DNA of 18,146 bases, taken from assembly GCA_038042445.1 (NCBI GenBank), contig JBBTED010000116.1:1-18146 (forward strand). The letters run 5' to 3'. Origin of the DNA: Candidatus Firestoneibacteriota bacterium (GTDB lineage: Bacteria > Oederibacteriota > D2-FULL-39-29 > JBBTED01). The notes below the pieces were generated by a model, which was given only the letters and a program-made list of their open reading frames with translations, was not told the DNA's origin and searched no databases. A program made the translations under genes and the position numbers. Shown here one piece after another: positions 1 to 7,673 of this stretch; position 1 is the first letter of the stretch; each line of letters starts with the position of its first letter.

Positions 1-2
1 AT

Positions 3-785
3 TGTAGTAGCCGATTTATCGGCGAATTAGAGTTAATGTATGCGAAGAAATATTTAGGGATAGACGAGGATAATTTAAGTGATTGGTATGTGGGGTATGT
101 GATGCCATTGGGAGAAATAGGAAGTATAGGAATAGGTGATTTATTATTTACATCAAGCAAGTATAAGGAAAACACAGGAGTGATAAGTTATGGCAAAAAC
201 CTAGGAGATATATCCTGTGGAGTAAGCATAAAAGTAATGAGTGTGATGTATGAAGAGAACGAGTATACGAGATTGGACCCATTGTTTAATGCAAATGGAT
301 ATAGCAAAACAAAAGTAGGAATAGACATAGGAATGATTTATCAAATGTATGATGACTTACGAGTAGGAGCAAGTGTAGAGAATGTGAATAAACCGAATCT
401 AACATTAGGCGATACAACAGGTGAGGAATTGCCGATGATTATACGAATAGGGACATCATACCAAATAGGCAACTTCACTCCAGCAATAGATGTGTCATAC
501 AGGGACAGGAATATAAACGGCAAAAAAGATATGAATGTATATGGCGGAGTAGAATATATTGTAGGAGAGGCGTCTCGTGTAGGACAGGATAATCTTGTTA
601 TAGAACAAGATTATCGCCTGTCAGACATAAGCCTACGAGCAGGAGTAAATCTAGATGAAGTGTCGCTTGGAGCAAGCTATAATTTTATCAGTGGAATGAA
701 AATAGACTACGCATTTATTTATCCATTTACCGCAATAAAAGGCATATTAGGTTCCCACCGTTTTGGAGTCACCTGGCAATTGTAG
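3..785 (+). CDS. Outer-membrane beta-barrel protein, PorV/PorP(SprF)-like; 5'-truncated by the window edge
   Basis: Frame is open from position 3 (CSSRFIGELELMYAKKYLG...), so ATG36 is probably internal. Alternating amphipathic strands with motifs GIDIGMIY, VGASVENVNKPNL, LPMIIRIGTSY, GGVEY...SLRAG, KIDYAF and C-terminal GSHRFGVTWQL, typical of this barrel family. Confidence 0.7.
   Translation, partial: CSSRFIGELELMYAKKYLGIDEDNLSDWYVGYVMPLGEIGSIGIGDLLFTSSKYKENTGVISYGKNLGDISCGVSIKVMSVMYEENEYTRLDPLFNANGYSKTKVGIDIGMIYQMYDDLRVGASVENVNKPNLTLGDTTGEELPMIIRIGTSYQIGNFTPAIDVSYRDRNINGKKDMNVYGGVEYIVGEASRVGQDNLVIEQDYRLSDISLRAGVNLDEVSLGASYNFISGMKIDYAFIYPFTAIKGILGSHRFGVTWQL
4..23 (+). repeat. GTAG-foot REP-like element, family A variant, inside the barrel CDS
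   Basis: GTAGTAGCCGATTTATCGGC, hairpin GCCGAT-TT-ATCGGC; one mismatch to consensus GTAGTTGCCGATTTATCGGC. Confidence 0.85.
561..622 (+). repeat. Nested GTAG-foot palindromic insertion (family C-like) inside the barrel CDS
   Basis: GTAGGAGAGGCGTCTCG-T-GTAGGACAGG-[ATAATCTTGTT-ATAG-AACAAGATTAT]-CG-CCTGTC; perfect 11-bp inner stem 589-614 closed by GACAGG/CCTGTC. Confidence 0.75.
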
Positions 786-836
786 AAGCAAATCAAATTT
801 AGTAACAAGTTAACCATTATAAGTAAAATTTTAATT

Positions 837-936
837 GTAGTTGCTGATTTATCAGCATTTTTAAAAAGTGATTTATGTTTTAAAGATAAACCAACAAATT
901 GGTTGTTGCAAGTAATGCCGATAAATCGGCAACTAC
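837..936. repeat. Family A inverted doublet (REPIN-like)
   Basis: GTAGTTGCTGATTTATCAGCA (837-857, +) and TGCCGATAAATCGGCAACTAC (916-936, -) with a 58-nt spacer. Confidence 0.9.
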
Positions 937-970
937 ATATTGTATTTTAGAATGGTTATCAAATTTATTC

Positions 971-999
971 TTTACAAGAAAAATATCATACTTTATACT
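971..999 (+). promoter_or_regulatory. Putative sigma70 promoter for the radical SAM-amidase-pgeF operon
   Basis: TTTACA (971-976) - 17 nt - TATACT (994-999), 28 nt upstream of ATG1028; the AT-rich background lowers specificity. Confidence 0.5.
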
Positions 1000-1027
1000 A
1001 TAAACACAAATTCTAAATAATTTAAAA

Positions 1028-2626
1028 ATGAGTAAAAAAATACCATTAACTAATATTAATACAAAAGATGAAATAAATCTTTGTTTTGCAAATAAATCTG
1101 CGGATGTATCATTTGCTATTGGGTTTCCGGAAAGCTACTATATTGGTATGTCAAATTTAGGGTGGCAGGTTATTTATGCAATTTTAAATGCAAGAAAGGA
1201 TGTGATATGTGAGAGGTTTTTTTTAAATGATAATTCTAAAATTTGTACTGTAGAAAACAGAAATTCGCTTAAAGATTTTGATTTTGTTGGGTTTTCCCTA
1301 TCTTTTGAATTAAATTATATTAATGTCCTGAAAATTTTAAAGCTTGCAAAAATACCATTACTTTCTAATGAACGCAAATATAATGACCCAATTATTATAG
1401 CAGGAGGAGTGTGCGCAAGTTATAATCCAGAACCATTAGCGAATTTCATTGATGTATTTGTGATTGGAGATTCAGAAGAAGTCATTAGCGAAATTATTGA
1501 TAAATATAAAAAAATAAAAGCAGATTCACGAGACAAAATATTATTAGAACTTGCAAATATACCGGGAGTATATGTTCCAAAATTTTATACTCCGATATAT
1601 AACAGCGATAACACGATTAAAAAATTTGAAATAGAGCATAATGTTCCAAAAACAATAAAACGCAGAATTGTCCAAAATCTTGATATTTGCCCTGGGATGT
1701 CGGCGATACTAACACCAAATACTGAATTTGGAAAAATGCTTTTAGTAGAAATAAATCGCGGATGTTCACGTATGTGTAAATTTTGTGTAACAAGTTTTAT
1801 ACAAACTCCTGTGAGACGTAGAAGTTTGGCTTGTGTTATGGATATAATAGAAAAAGGACTAAAATGGACAAATAAAATAGGATTGGTTGGCACAAGTATA
1901 ACAGATTATCCGGAGATAGATGAACTTGTAACATTTATAATTAAAAAAAATGCATATTTATCAACTTCATCTTTGCGTGCAGAAGGTGCTTCCGATATAC
2001 TAATTGAGGCTCTTGGAAAAGGTGGACAAAAAACATTTACTATTGCAGTAGAAACAATGTCAGAGAAGTTGCAGAAAATAATCAAAAAAGAAATAAAAGA
2101 AGAAACGATTTATTCTGTTGTATCAAAAGCAATAAAAAATGATATAATAAATATCAAACTTTATTTTATGATAGGTTTACCGGAAGAAAATATGCAGGAT
2201 ATTGATATAAACATAAGATTTATAAAAAGACTTGTTAAGTATTTTATTGAAACGAGTGTTTCTACTGGTAGAATAGGTAAAATAATTGCTGGATTTTCGG
2301 TATTTATTCCAAAACCTTTTACTCCATTTGAATCTGAGCAGATGGAAAACATAAAAAATTTAAAACAAAAAATGCAGTATTTAAAAGGTGAAGTAACTGG
2401 TATACCGAATTTAGAATTGAGATGTGAAAGTTTGCATAATGCTGTTTTACAAGGTGTTTTTTCAAGAGGAGACAGAAGAGTTGGTGGTATTTTGGATTAT
2501 GCAGTTAATAGTGGTGTTGATTTAAAGACAAGTTTAAAAAATTTAACTAAATCAGATATTGATTTTCATATTTATGGTAACTCTAAAGGAAGTGGAATTT
2601 TGCCATGGAAACATTTAAACAGTTGA
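1028..2626 (+). CDS. B12-binding-domain-like radical SAM protein (TIGR03960-like)
   Basis: CxxxCxxC motif EINRGCSRMCKFC; N-terminal FPESYYIGMSNLG, GFSLSFELNY, IIAGG..YNPEP; KLYFMIGLPEE; FIPKPFTPF; SRGDRR. Confidence 0.88.
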   Translation: MSKKIPLTNINTKDEINLCFANKSADVSFAIGFPESYYIGMSNLGWQVIYAILNARKDVICERFFLNDNSKICTVENRNSLKDFDFVGFSLSFELNYINVLKILKLAKIPLLSNERKYNDPIIIAGGVCASYNPEPLANFIDVFVIGDSEEVISEIIDKYKKIKADSRDKILLELANIPGVYVPKFYTPIYNSDNTIKKFEIEHNVPKTIKRRIVQNLDICPGMSAILTPNTEFGKMLLVEINRGCSRMCKFCVTSFIQTPVRRRSLACVMDIIEKGLKWTNKIGLVGTSITDYPEIDELVTFIIKKNAYLSTSSLRAEGASDILIEALGKGGQKTFTIAVETMSEKLQKIIKKEIKEETIYSVVSKAIKNDIINIKLYFMIGLPEENMQDIDINIRFIKRLVKYFIETSVSTGRIGKIIAGFSVFIPKPFTPFESEQMENIKNLKQKMQYLKGEVTGIPNLELRCESLHNAVLQGVFSRGDRRVGGILDYAVNSGVDLKTSLKNLTKSDIDFHIYGNSKGSGILPWKHLNS

Positions 2627-3942
2627 AAAAATCCATATTAAACATTTTAATATTTACTCTGGTTTTATCGTTTAATTTCAGCGATGTTGCATTTACTGCT
2701 ACATCAACAAAGAAAAGTTCTACAACAAAAACACAACCTTCTAAAAAATCATCAAAATCTACAAAATCCAAAAAGGTAGTTAATAAGAAAAAAAATATAA
2801 TAATAAAAATAGCTTCTACTAATGAGCAAACAGAAATGAAATTTGATGTTAAGAGTGTAAATGGAGTGTTAAAAATATCAATTCCAAGAGCATGCGAGGT
2901 ATTGAAAGTAGGATATTCTTATTCAGAATTAACTAATAGGATTGTTCTTATATATAATAACAGAAAAACAGTATTATTTTTGGATTCAAAATATTTTCTT
3001 TGTGAGAATGAAAGAAATATAGAAATGGAAGATGCTCCTTCTAAAGATGAAAAAGGCATATTGATTTCTGGAAAAAGTTTTGCAAGTATATTGAGCGCTC
3101 TTTTTAATTGTGAAGTTTTTTGGAATGAAACAAGAATGACTCTGCTTATAGAAACAGATGCAAAAAAAGATGCTATATCTTCAGTGAATACATCATTTAA
3201 AGATAGTGGTTATAAATTAAAAAAAATAATTATAGACGCTGGTCATGGTGGCCATGATTCAGGCGCAAAAGGCCCGACAAAATTACTGGAAAAGGATATG
3301 AATATTGATATTGCAAATAGAATTGTGAGATTATTAAAAAGTAAATTGCCAATTGAAATAATAATGACTCGGACAGATGATACTTTTATAAGTTTGCAGG
3401 AAAGGGTTAATATTGCAAATACGAATAATGCAGATCTTTTCGTAAGTATTCACTGTAATGCAAAGGGACGCAGGGTATCTGCTGAAAATGCGTATGGTAC
3501 TGAGTCGTATATTTTTGCAGAAGTTGCTTCAGATGAAAATGCTGCAGAAGTTGCACAACGTGAAAATATTGGGGCTCCTACAGATTTCTTGAGTTTTTTA
3601 TTAAATGATCTTCAAAAAAAATCTACAGAAAGTGTGAGTATTTTAATGGCTGGCTATATAGAAGATAAATTAGTTAATGATGTTGGATTATATGGTAGAA
3701 AAAATAGTATGATAATGCGTGCTCCATTTTATGTGCTTGCGCGCACCAAAATGCCTGCTGTTTTAGTTGAAGTTGCTTTTATTTCTAATCCTCAAGAAGA
3801 ACAAAAATTAGCAAGTCCTTATTTTCGCGAAAAGGTTGCTTTAGCTGTTTTTCAGGCAATAAAGAAATATCACAGTGAATTAAATTTAGATGAAGACAAA
3901 GCAAAAGAACCCATTCCTACTGAAAACCAGCAATCAAATTAG
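2605..3942 (+). CDS. N-acetylmuramoyl-L-alanine amidase (Amidase_3, AmiC-like) with signal peptide, Lys/Ser-rich linker and N-terminal accessory domain
   Basis: Zn-ligand motifs IIIDAGHGGHD, LLEKD, FVSIHCN, APFYVL, AVLVEVAFISN; AEVAQREN helix; hydrophobic N-terminus. Exact start uncertain. Confidence 0.92.
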   Translation: METFKQLKKSILNILIFTLVLSFNFSDVAFTATSTKKSSTTKTQPSKKSSKSTKSKKVVNKKKNIIIKIASTNEQTEMKFDVKSVNGVLKISIPRACEVLKVGYSYSELTNRIVLIYNNRKTVLFLDSKYFLCENERNIEMEDAPSKDEKGILISGKSFASILSALFNCEVFWNETRMTLLIETDAKKDAISSVNTSFKDSGYKLKKIIIDAGHGGHDSGAKGPTKLLEKDMNIDIANRIVRLLKSKLPIEIIMTRTDDTFISLQERVNIANTNNADLFVSIHCNAKGRRVSAENAYGTESYIFAEVASDENAAEVAQRENIGAPTDFLSFLLNDLQKKSTESVSILMAGYIEDKLVNDVGLYGRKNSMIMRAPFYVLARTKMPAVLVEVAFISNPQEEQKLASPYFREKVALAVFQAIKKYHSELNLDEDKAKEPIPTENQQSN

Positions 3943-4705
3943 ATATTTTACCATACCTTCTTGGTATAAATTTAATGTTTCAGCTTTTATTTCAACTAAA
4001 CCTTATGATTTGTCATTTAAAGGCATTGCTGATAAATCAGCAACTACGATTAAAAATAGAAAACTTATTGCAGATGCTATGGGTTTTGGCATAGATAAAC
4101 TTGTTACTTGTCAGCAGACACATAGCAATAAAGTAGCAGTTATAAGAAAAAAAGATGTAGGCAAAGGAAATTTAAAATATAGTACAGCTATTGCTGATAC
4201 TGATGGTTTGATTACGAATTTAAAGAATATTCCTATAGCAATTTCTATAGCTGATTGTTTGCCTATATTTCTTGTAGATCCAGTTAATAAATCTATAGGA
4301 ATTGTTCATGCTGGCTGGAGAGGGACTTTTAAAAAAATAGCAGAAATTGCAATTTTGAAAATGAAAACAGTATTTAATAGTTCACCTGAAAATCTTAAAG
4401 TTGCTTTGGGTCCATCAATTGGTTCTTGTTGCTATGAAATAGATTTAAAATTAACTGATAAATTTCTTAAGGCATTTAAAAAAAATAGCTATGAAAATCC
4501 TTTTAATTGGACGAAAATTTTTAAAAAATCCGCTATACTTGATATTAAAGAATTAAATAGACGCCAGTTAATTAAAGTAGGAGTTTTGCCTGAAAATATT
4601 TTAGTAAATCCTGATTGTACAAAATGCAATTCAGATTTATTTTTTTCTTACAGAAGAGATAAAAACAATGCAGGCAGAATGATGGCTGTTATTTGGCAAA
4701 CTTAA
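3890..4705 (+). CDS. pgeF: Peptidoglycan editing factor / purine nucleoside phosphorylase, PgeF (YfiH) family
   Basis: QQTHS, TDGLIT, ADCLPI, HAGWRG, LGPSIG..CYE, CTKC, FFSYRR, GRMMAVI. Confidence 0.93.
   Translation: MKTKQKNPFLLKTSNQIRYFTIPSWYKFNVSAFISTKPYDLSFKGIADKSATTIKNRKLIADAMGFGIDKLVTCQQTHSNKVAVIRKKDVGKGNLKYSTAIADTDGLITNLKNIPIAISIADCLPIFLVDPVNKSIGIVHAGWRGTFKKIAEIAILKMKTVFNSSPENLKVALGPSIGSCCYEIDLKLTDKFLKAFKKNSYENPFNWTKIFKKSAILDIKELNRRQLIKVGVLPENILVNPDCTKCNSDLFFSYRRDKNNAGRMMAVIWQT
4027..4047 (-). repeat. Family A element (T variant) inside pgeF
   Basis: TGCTGATAAATCAGCAACTAC, identical to the intergenic copy 4768-4788; translated as (I)ADKSATT. Confidence 0.92.
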
Positions 4706-4735
4706 GGTGGTTTTTCGTATACATCATGAAATTTA

Positions 4736-4790
4736 TTGTAGTTGCCGATTTATCGGCAGTTTTTTTATGCTGATAAATCAGCAACTACAA
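4736..4790. repeat. Family A inverted doublet between convergent genes; may double as a bidirectional terminator or 3' stabiliser
   Basis: TT-GTAGTTGCCGATTTATCGGCA (4738-4758) - GTTTTTTTA - TGCTGATAAATCAGCAACTAC (4768-4788)-AA. Confidence 0.92.
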
Positions 4791-4796
4791 AGATTG

Positions 4797-5738
4797 TTAC
4801 AGTTTTTCTATTATTGCCTGAGCTAAAAGAGGAATCATTATTTCGTGGTGTCCTGTTATTGCATATCCTTTTCCACCTTTTAAAGTAGGTCTTGTTATAA
4901 CATTTGTAATAGGTCTATAATGTTGAATCATATCAAAATTTACAGTAGTAAATTTATAAACTTTGTATCCAAGATTTCTAGATATTGATAGCGCTTTTAA
5001 AAAAACTTCTGGCATTATAACAGCAGATCCGCAATTTAATATTACTCCGTTTTCAAGCTTAGAAACTTCATTAGTGAATATTTTAAAGTCAATAAAACTA
5101 CTGTTGCCTATAGCAGCTCCGTTTGTTTCAGGATGCTGATGAATAATATCAGTACCTATTGCAACATGAACAGTTGCTGGAATATTCAATAAATATGCTG
5201 TGGCAAGTATACTCAGGTTTTTATATGGTGCTTTAAGAATAATTATTTTTTTTCCAATAGATTCGCCCATTCCTGTGTTGTCAGATATACTATGATTAAT
5301 TGCTTCGTTAATTAATTTTCCGGTTTCTTCTGCCATTCCAAAACTTCCGTCTGCTAATGCTGTTGTTACTTCCTCAGAGGTTGTGCCTGCTAATGCAATT
5401 TCAAAATCATGAATACTTGCAGCGCCGTTCATAGCAATAGCAGTAATAACTTTTCTTTTCATAAGATCTATAATCACAGGTCCAAGTCCGCACTTAATAA
5501 TATGGCCTCCAATCATTAGTATAACCTGTTTTTTATGTTTGTGGGCTAAAACAATATCGTTAATTACTTGTTTTAATTTCTGTGCAGCTAATATATTCGG
5601 TAGATTGGAAATAAAGTTATTAAATAAAATTTTCTTCTTTCCAGATTTGGCAAAATTTGTAATTTTTACCTTACTTTTTCTGCGTAATATACTATATCTT
5701 TTAATTTTAGTCAGATTTATCTGTTTATATTTGCTCAT
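4797..5738 (-). CDS. Conserved protein of unknown function, GSU2086-like (deoxyhypusine-synthase-like fold)
   Basis: Motifs GGHIIKCGLGP, AMNGAASIHDFE, GSFGMAEETG, TVHVAIGTDIIHQHP, GSAVIMPEVFLKA, GHHEIMIPLL; ATGA overlap with the upstream gene. Confidence 0.7.
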   Translation of the reverse strand: MSKYKQINLTKIKRYSILRRKSKVKITNFAKSGKKKILFNNFISNLPNILAAQKLKQVINDIVLAHKHKKQVILMIGGHIIKCGLGPVIIDLMKRKVITAIAMNGAASIHDFEIALAGTTSEEVTTALADGSFGMAEETGKLINEAINHSISDNTGMGESIGKKIIILKAPYKNLSILATAYLLNIPATVHVAIGTDIIHQHPETNGAAIGNSSFIDFKIFTNEVSKLENGVILNCGSAVIMPEVFLKALSISRNLGYKVYKFTTVNFDMIQHYRPITNVITRPTLKGGKGYAITGHHEIMIPLLAQAIIEKL

Positions 5739-6865
5739 TGATTTATTTTCCTTGCCTGACCTTTGTCTATTATTATACCTTCTGTTAACACTACATTTAT
5801 AGCGCCAACAAGAAACGCTTTTGCAGCCATTTTTACTGGAATATGTCTCACATCATCAGTTACCCATATTGTTATATCGCCTTCCTGTTTGAATATACTT
5901 TCAAAATTCATAATAGGTTTAACAACTAAAGTATTAAATTTGCCTGCTGGAACTTTTACTACTTCTTTATTTATTATTTGAACTTTTAAATTATGGAATT
6001 CTCCTTCAGAATATACTGTAATAGGTATATCTTTCCCAATTTCAACTTTTTGTGTTCTAAAGTAAAAAAAACAAGAAAGTATATCATGGACATTATCAGG
6101 CGCATTATAAATTTTATTTTCTTCAGTAACTGTATTTTTTTCATTATCAAAGTAAGCATTTGAATTCTTTTTTAATGTTCCTTCTACAAGATATTGTTCA
6201 AGGCGAATAGGCAAAAATGAATAAACATCAATATATGTTTCTACTCTATCATCTACTTTGTGAAATGTTGAAAAAAATGGCAAAGATTTTGCAGTTGTAA
6301 CAATATGATATGCATCTTTGCCTTCTGTATTTGTTATTTCTCTGACTTCCATAGTAGCTATACCTGCAGTTATTTTCATATATTGTATTGCAAAGGTAAG
6401 TTTTTCTCCAGATCCAAATGCAAAATTTTGAATTTTAACTTGTCGTTTAGATAAATCTTTTACTGTTGTTTTTTTTGCCGATAAATCGGCAACTACGGGG
6501 TTTTCCTGTTTTGCAATTGTCGTTGTTTCTAAAGATTTTTCTTTAGATTCTGATGTCTGTAGTCTGATGTCTGTAGTTTGTAGTTGTGGAGATGATTCTT
6601 TTTTATCAATAATAATTGCTTCTTCCTGTTTTGCAACTTCTACAGGGGCTTTAGTTTCTGGAATAATTGTAGGTTTATCCTGTGTGTTTTGTGCAAGTAA
6701 AGTTTTAGAATCAGTTGAATCCTCAGATTTTTTGCTTTCCTTGTTTTCTGCTTGTCCTGTTACATCATACACTTTTATATAGCCACTTCTAACACTGCTT
6801 CCGCATCCTAAAAAAAACAAAAGTGATACAATAGCTGCTTTTATATATAAATTTTTACATTGCAT
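5735..6865 (-). CDS. DUF3108-domain lipoprotein
   Basis: Likely start ATG6865 (MQCKNL...) rather than TTG6910; lipobox FLG|C; long low-complexity linker; C-terminal FGSGEKLTF, VDDRVETYID, VKVPAGKFNT, IWVTDDVRHIPVK. Confidence 0.8.
   Translation of the reverse strand: MQCKNLYIKAAIVSLLFFLGCGSSVRSGYIKVYDVTGQAENKESKKSEDSTDSKTLLAQNTQDKPTIIPETKAPVEVAKQEEAIIIDKKESSPQLQTTDIRLQTSESKEKSLETTTIAKQENPVVADLSAKKTTVKDLSKRQVKIQNFAFGSGEKLTFAIQYMKITAGIATMEVREITNTEGKDAYHIVTTAKSLPFFSTFHKVDDRVETYIDVYSFLPIRLEQYLVEGTLKKNSNAYFDNEKNTVTEENKIYNAPDNVHDILSCFFYFRTQKVEIGKDIPITVYSEGEFHNLKVQIINKEVVKVPAGKFNTLVVKPIMNFESIFKQEGDITIWVTDDVRHIPVKMAAKAFLVGAINVVLTEGIIIDKGQARKINQ
6476..6496 (-). repeat. Family A element (C variant) inside the DUF3108 gene
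   Basis: TGCCGATAAATCGGCAACTAC, identical to 916-936; read on the coding strand as VVADLSA. Confidence 0.92.
6549..6590. repeat. Heptamer tandem repeat inside the DUF3108 linker
   Basis: TCTGATG TCTGTAG TCTGATG TCTGTAG TTTGTAG TTGTGGA (five clear units plus one degenerate, 42 nt). Confidence 0.75.
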
Positions 6866-6907
6866 AATTGATATTTTTATTTTGCAAATATATAATAAAT
6901 TTCCTTT

Positions 6908-6962
6908 CAAAAGAGTATTCCAAAAGAGGATACTCTTTTGGTCATTCGCCTTCGGCGAATGA
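6908..6962. repeat. Two adjacent hairpins in the divergent intergenic region
   Basis: CAAAAGAGTAT..ATACTCTTTTG (6908-6940) and TCATTCGCC-TTC-GGCGAATGA (6942-6962). Confidence 0.75.
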
Positions 6963-7088
6963 AATAACGAATCAATGAAAAACGATAAATTTCAAGATAA
7001 AGTAACACGTGCATTCCCGTGGATATCTATTGCATAATAACATAAATTAATGTAAGAAACAACCTAAATTTTATATTAGATAAAGAGT

Positions 7089-7106
7089 TTGACTTTTAAA
7101 TGTCAA
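7089..7106. promoter_or_regulatory. Candidate palindromic operator overlapping a -35-like hexamer upstream of the pilin gene
   Basis: TTGAC-T-TTTAAA-T-GTCAA, an 18-bp palindrome with one mismatched pair, 23 nt before ATG7130. Confidence 0.35.
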
Positions 7107-7129
7107 TATGATAATTAAATATTTAAGCT

Positions 7130-7579
7130 ATGTTTAAAAAAATAGATGAAGTGGGGTTTACTCATGTCCTGTGTGTAGAAACTGGGTTTACTTTAATTGA
7201 ATTGATGATAGTTGTGGCAATTATTGGAATATTGGCTGCAATATCTATACCGAAGATGAGTAGTATTTTAGAGAAATCACGTGAAGGTGCTACAAAAGGT
7301 AATTTGTCTGCTATTAGGTCCGCTGTTGCAATTTATTATGGAGATAAAGAAGGACAATGGCCAGATGATTTAACAACTAATTTTTCTTCATATTTATCGG
7401 AAATTCCAATAGCTAAAGCTACACCACTTGGTAATTCAAATGCAATTACACTTGTTACTGTGCCTCCGACAACTACTGGTATTGGTTGGGCATATTGTAG
7501 TGCTAGTGATTGGGCTGGAGGAGTTTGGTGTAATAGTACTGCTATTGATAGCAAAGGAAATTCGTTTACTGATTATTAG
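7130..7579 (+). CDS. Type IV pilin / GspG-like pseudopilin with N-methylation site
   Basis: G|FTLIELMIVVAIIGILAAISIP (Glu5 present), EGATKGNLSAIRSAVAIYYGD, two C-terminal Cys; extra upstream GFT. Confidence 0.92.
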   Translation: MFKKIDEVGFTHVLCVETGFTLIELMIVVAIIGILAAISIPKMSSILEKSREGATKGNLSAIRSAVAIYYGDKEGQWPDDLTTNFSSYLSEIPIAKATPLGNSNAITLVTVPPTTTGIGWAYCSASDWAGGVWCNSTAIDSKGNSFTDY

Positions 7580-7609
7580 TTTGCAGATACTATTTGTTTT
7601 TTAAAATAT

Positions 7610-7639
7610 TTGACTTTTTTTCGTAAAAAATTATATAAT
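7610..7639 (+). promoter_or_regulatory. Putative sigma70 promoter for HD-GYP-hppA(-DGC)
   Basis: TTGACT (7610-7615) - 18 nt - TATAAT (7634-7639). Confidence 0.55.
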
Positions 7640-7673
7640 TAGTTTTATTACCTAAAGTCATTCGTATAGTCAA

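Noticed and set aside
1086..1103. TGCAAATAAATCTGC in the radical SAM gene as a decayed family A copy
   Set aside because: Foot absent and stem mismatched; indistinguishable from chance in AT-rich DNA.
2695..2800. Lys/Ser/Thr-rich stretch in the amidase as a repeat insertion
   Set aside because: Low-complexity linker with no palindrome or regular DNA period.
6447..6462. AGATAAATCT (VKDLSK) as a second family A copy in the DUF3108 gene
   Set aside because: Only the 8-nt core matches; insufficient evidence.
837..6496. Family A repeats as a CRISPR array
   Set aside because: Copies are dispersed and inverted, not regularly spaced direct repeats; no cas genes.
6866..6910. TTG start at 6910 for the DUF3108 gene
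   Set aside because: It lies in a hairpin arm; ATG6865 gives a normal-length lipoprotein signal peptide.
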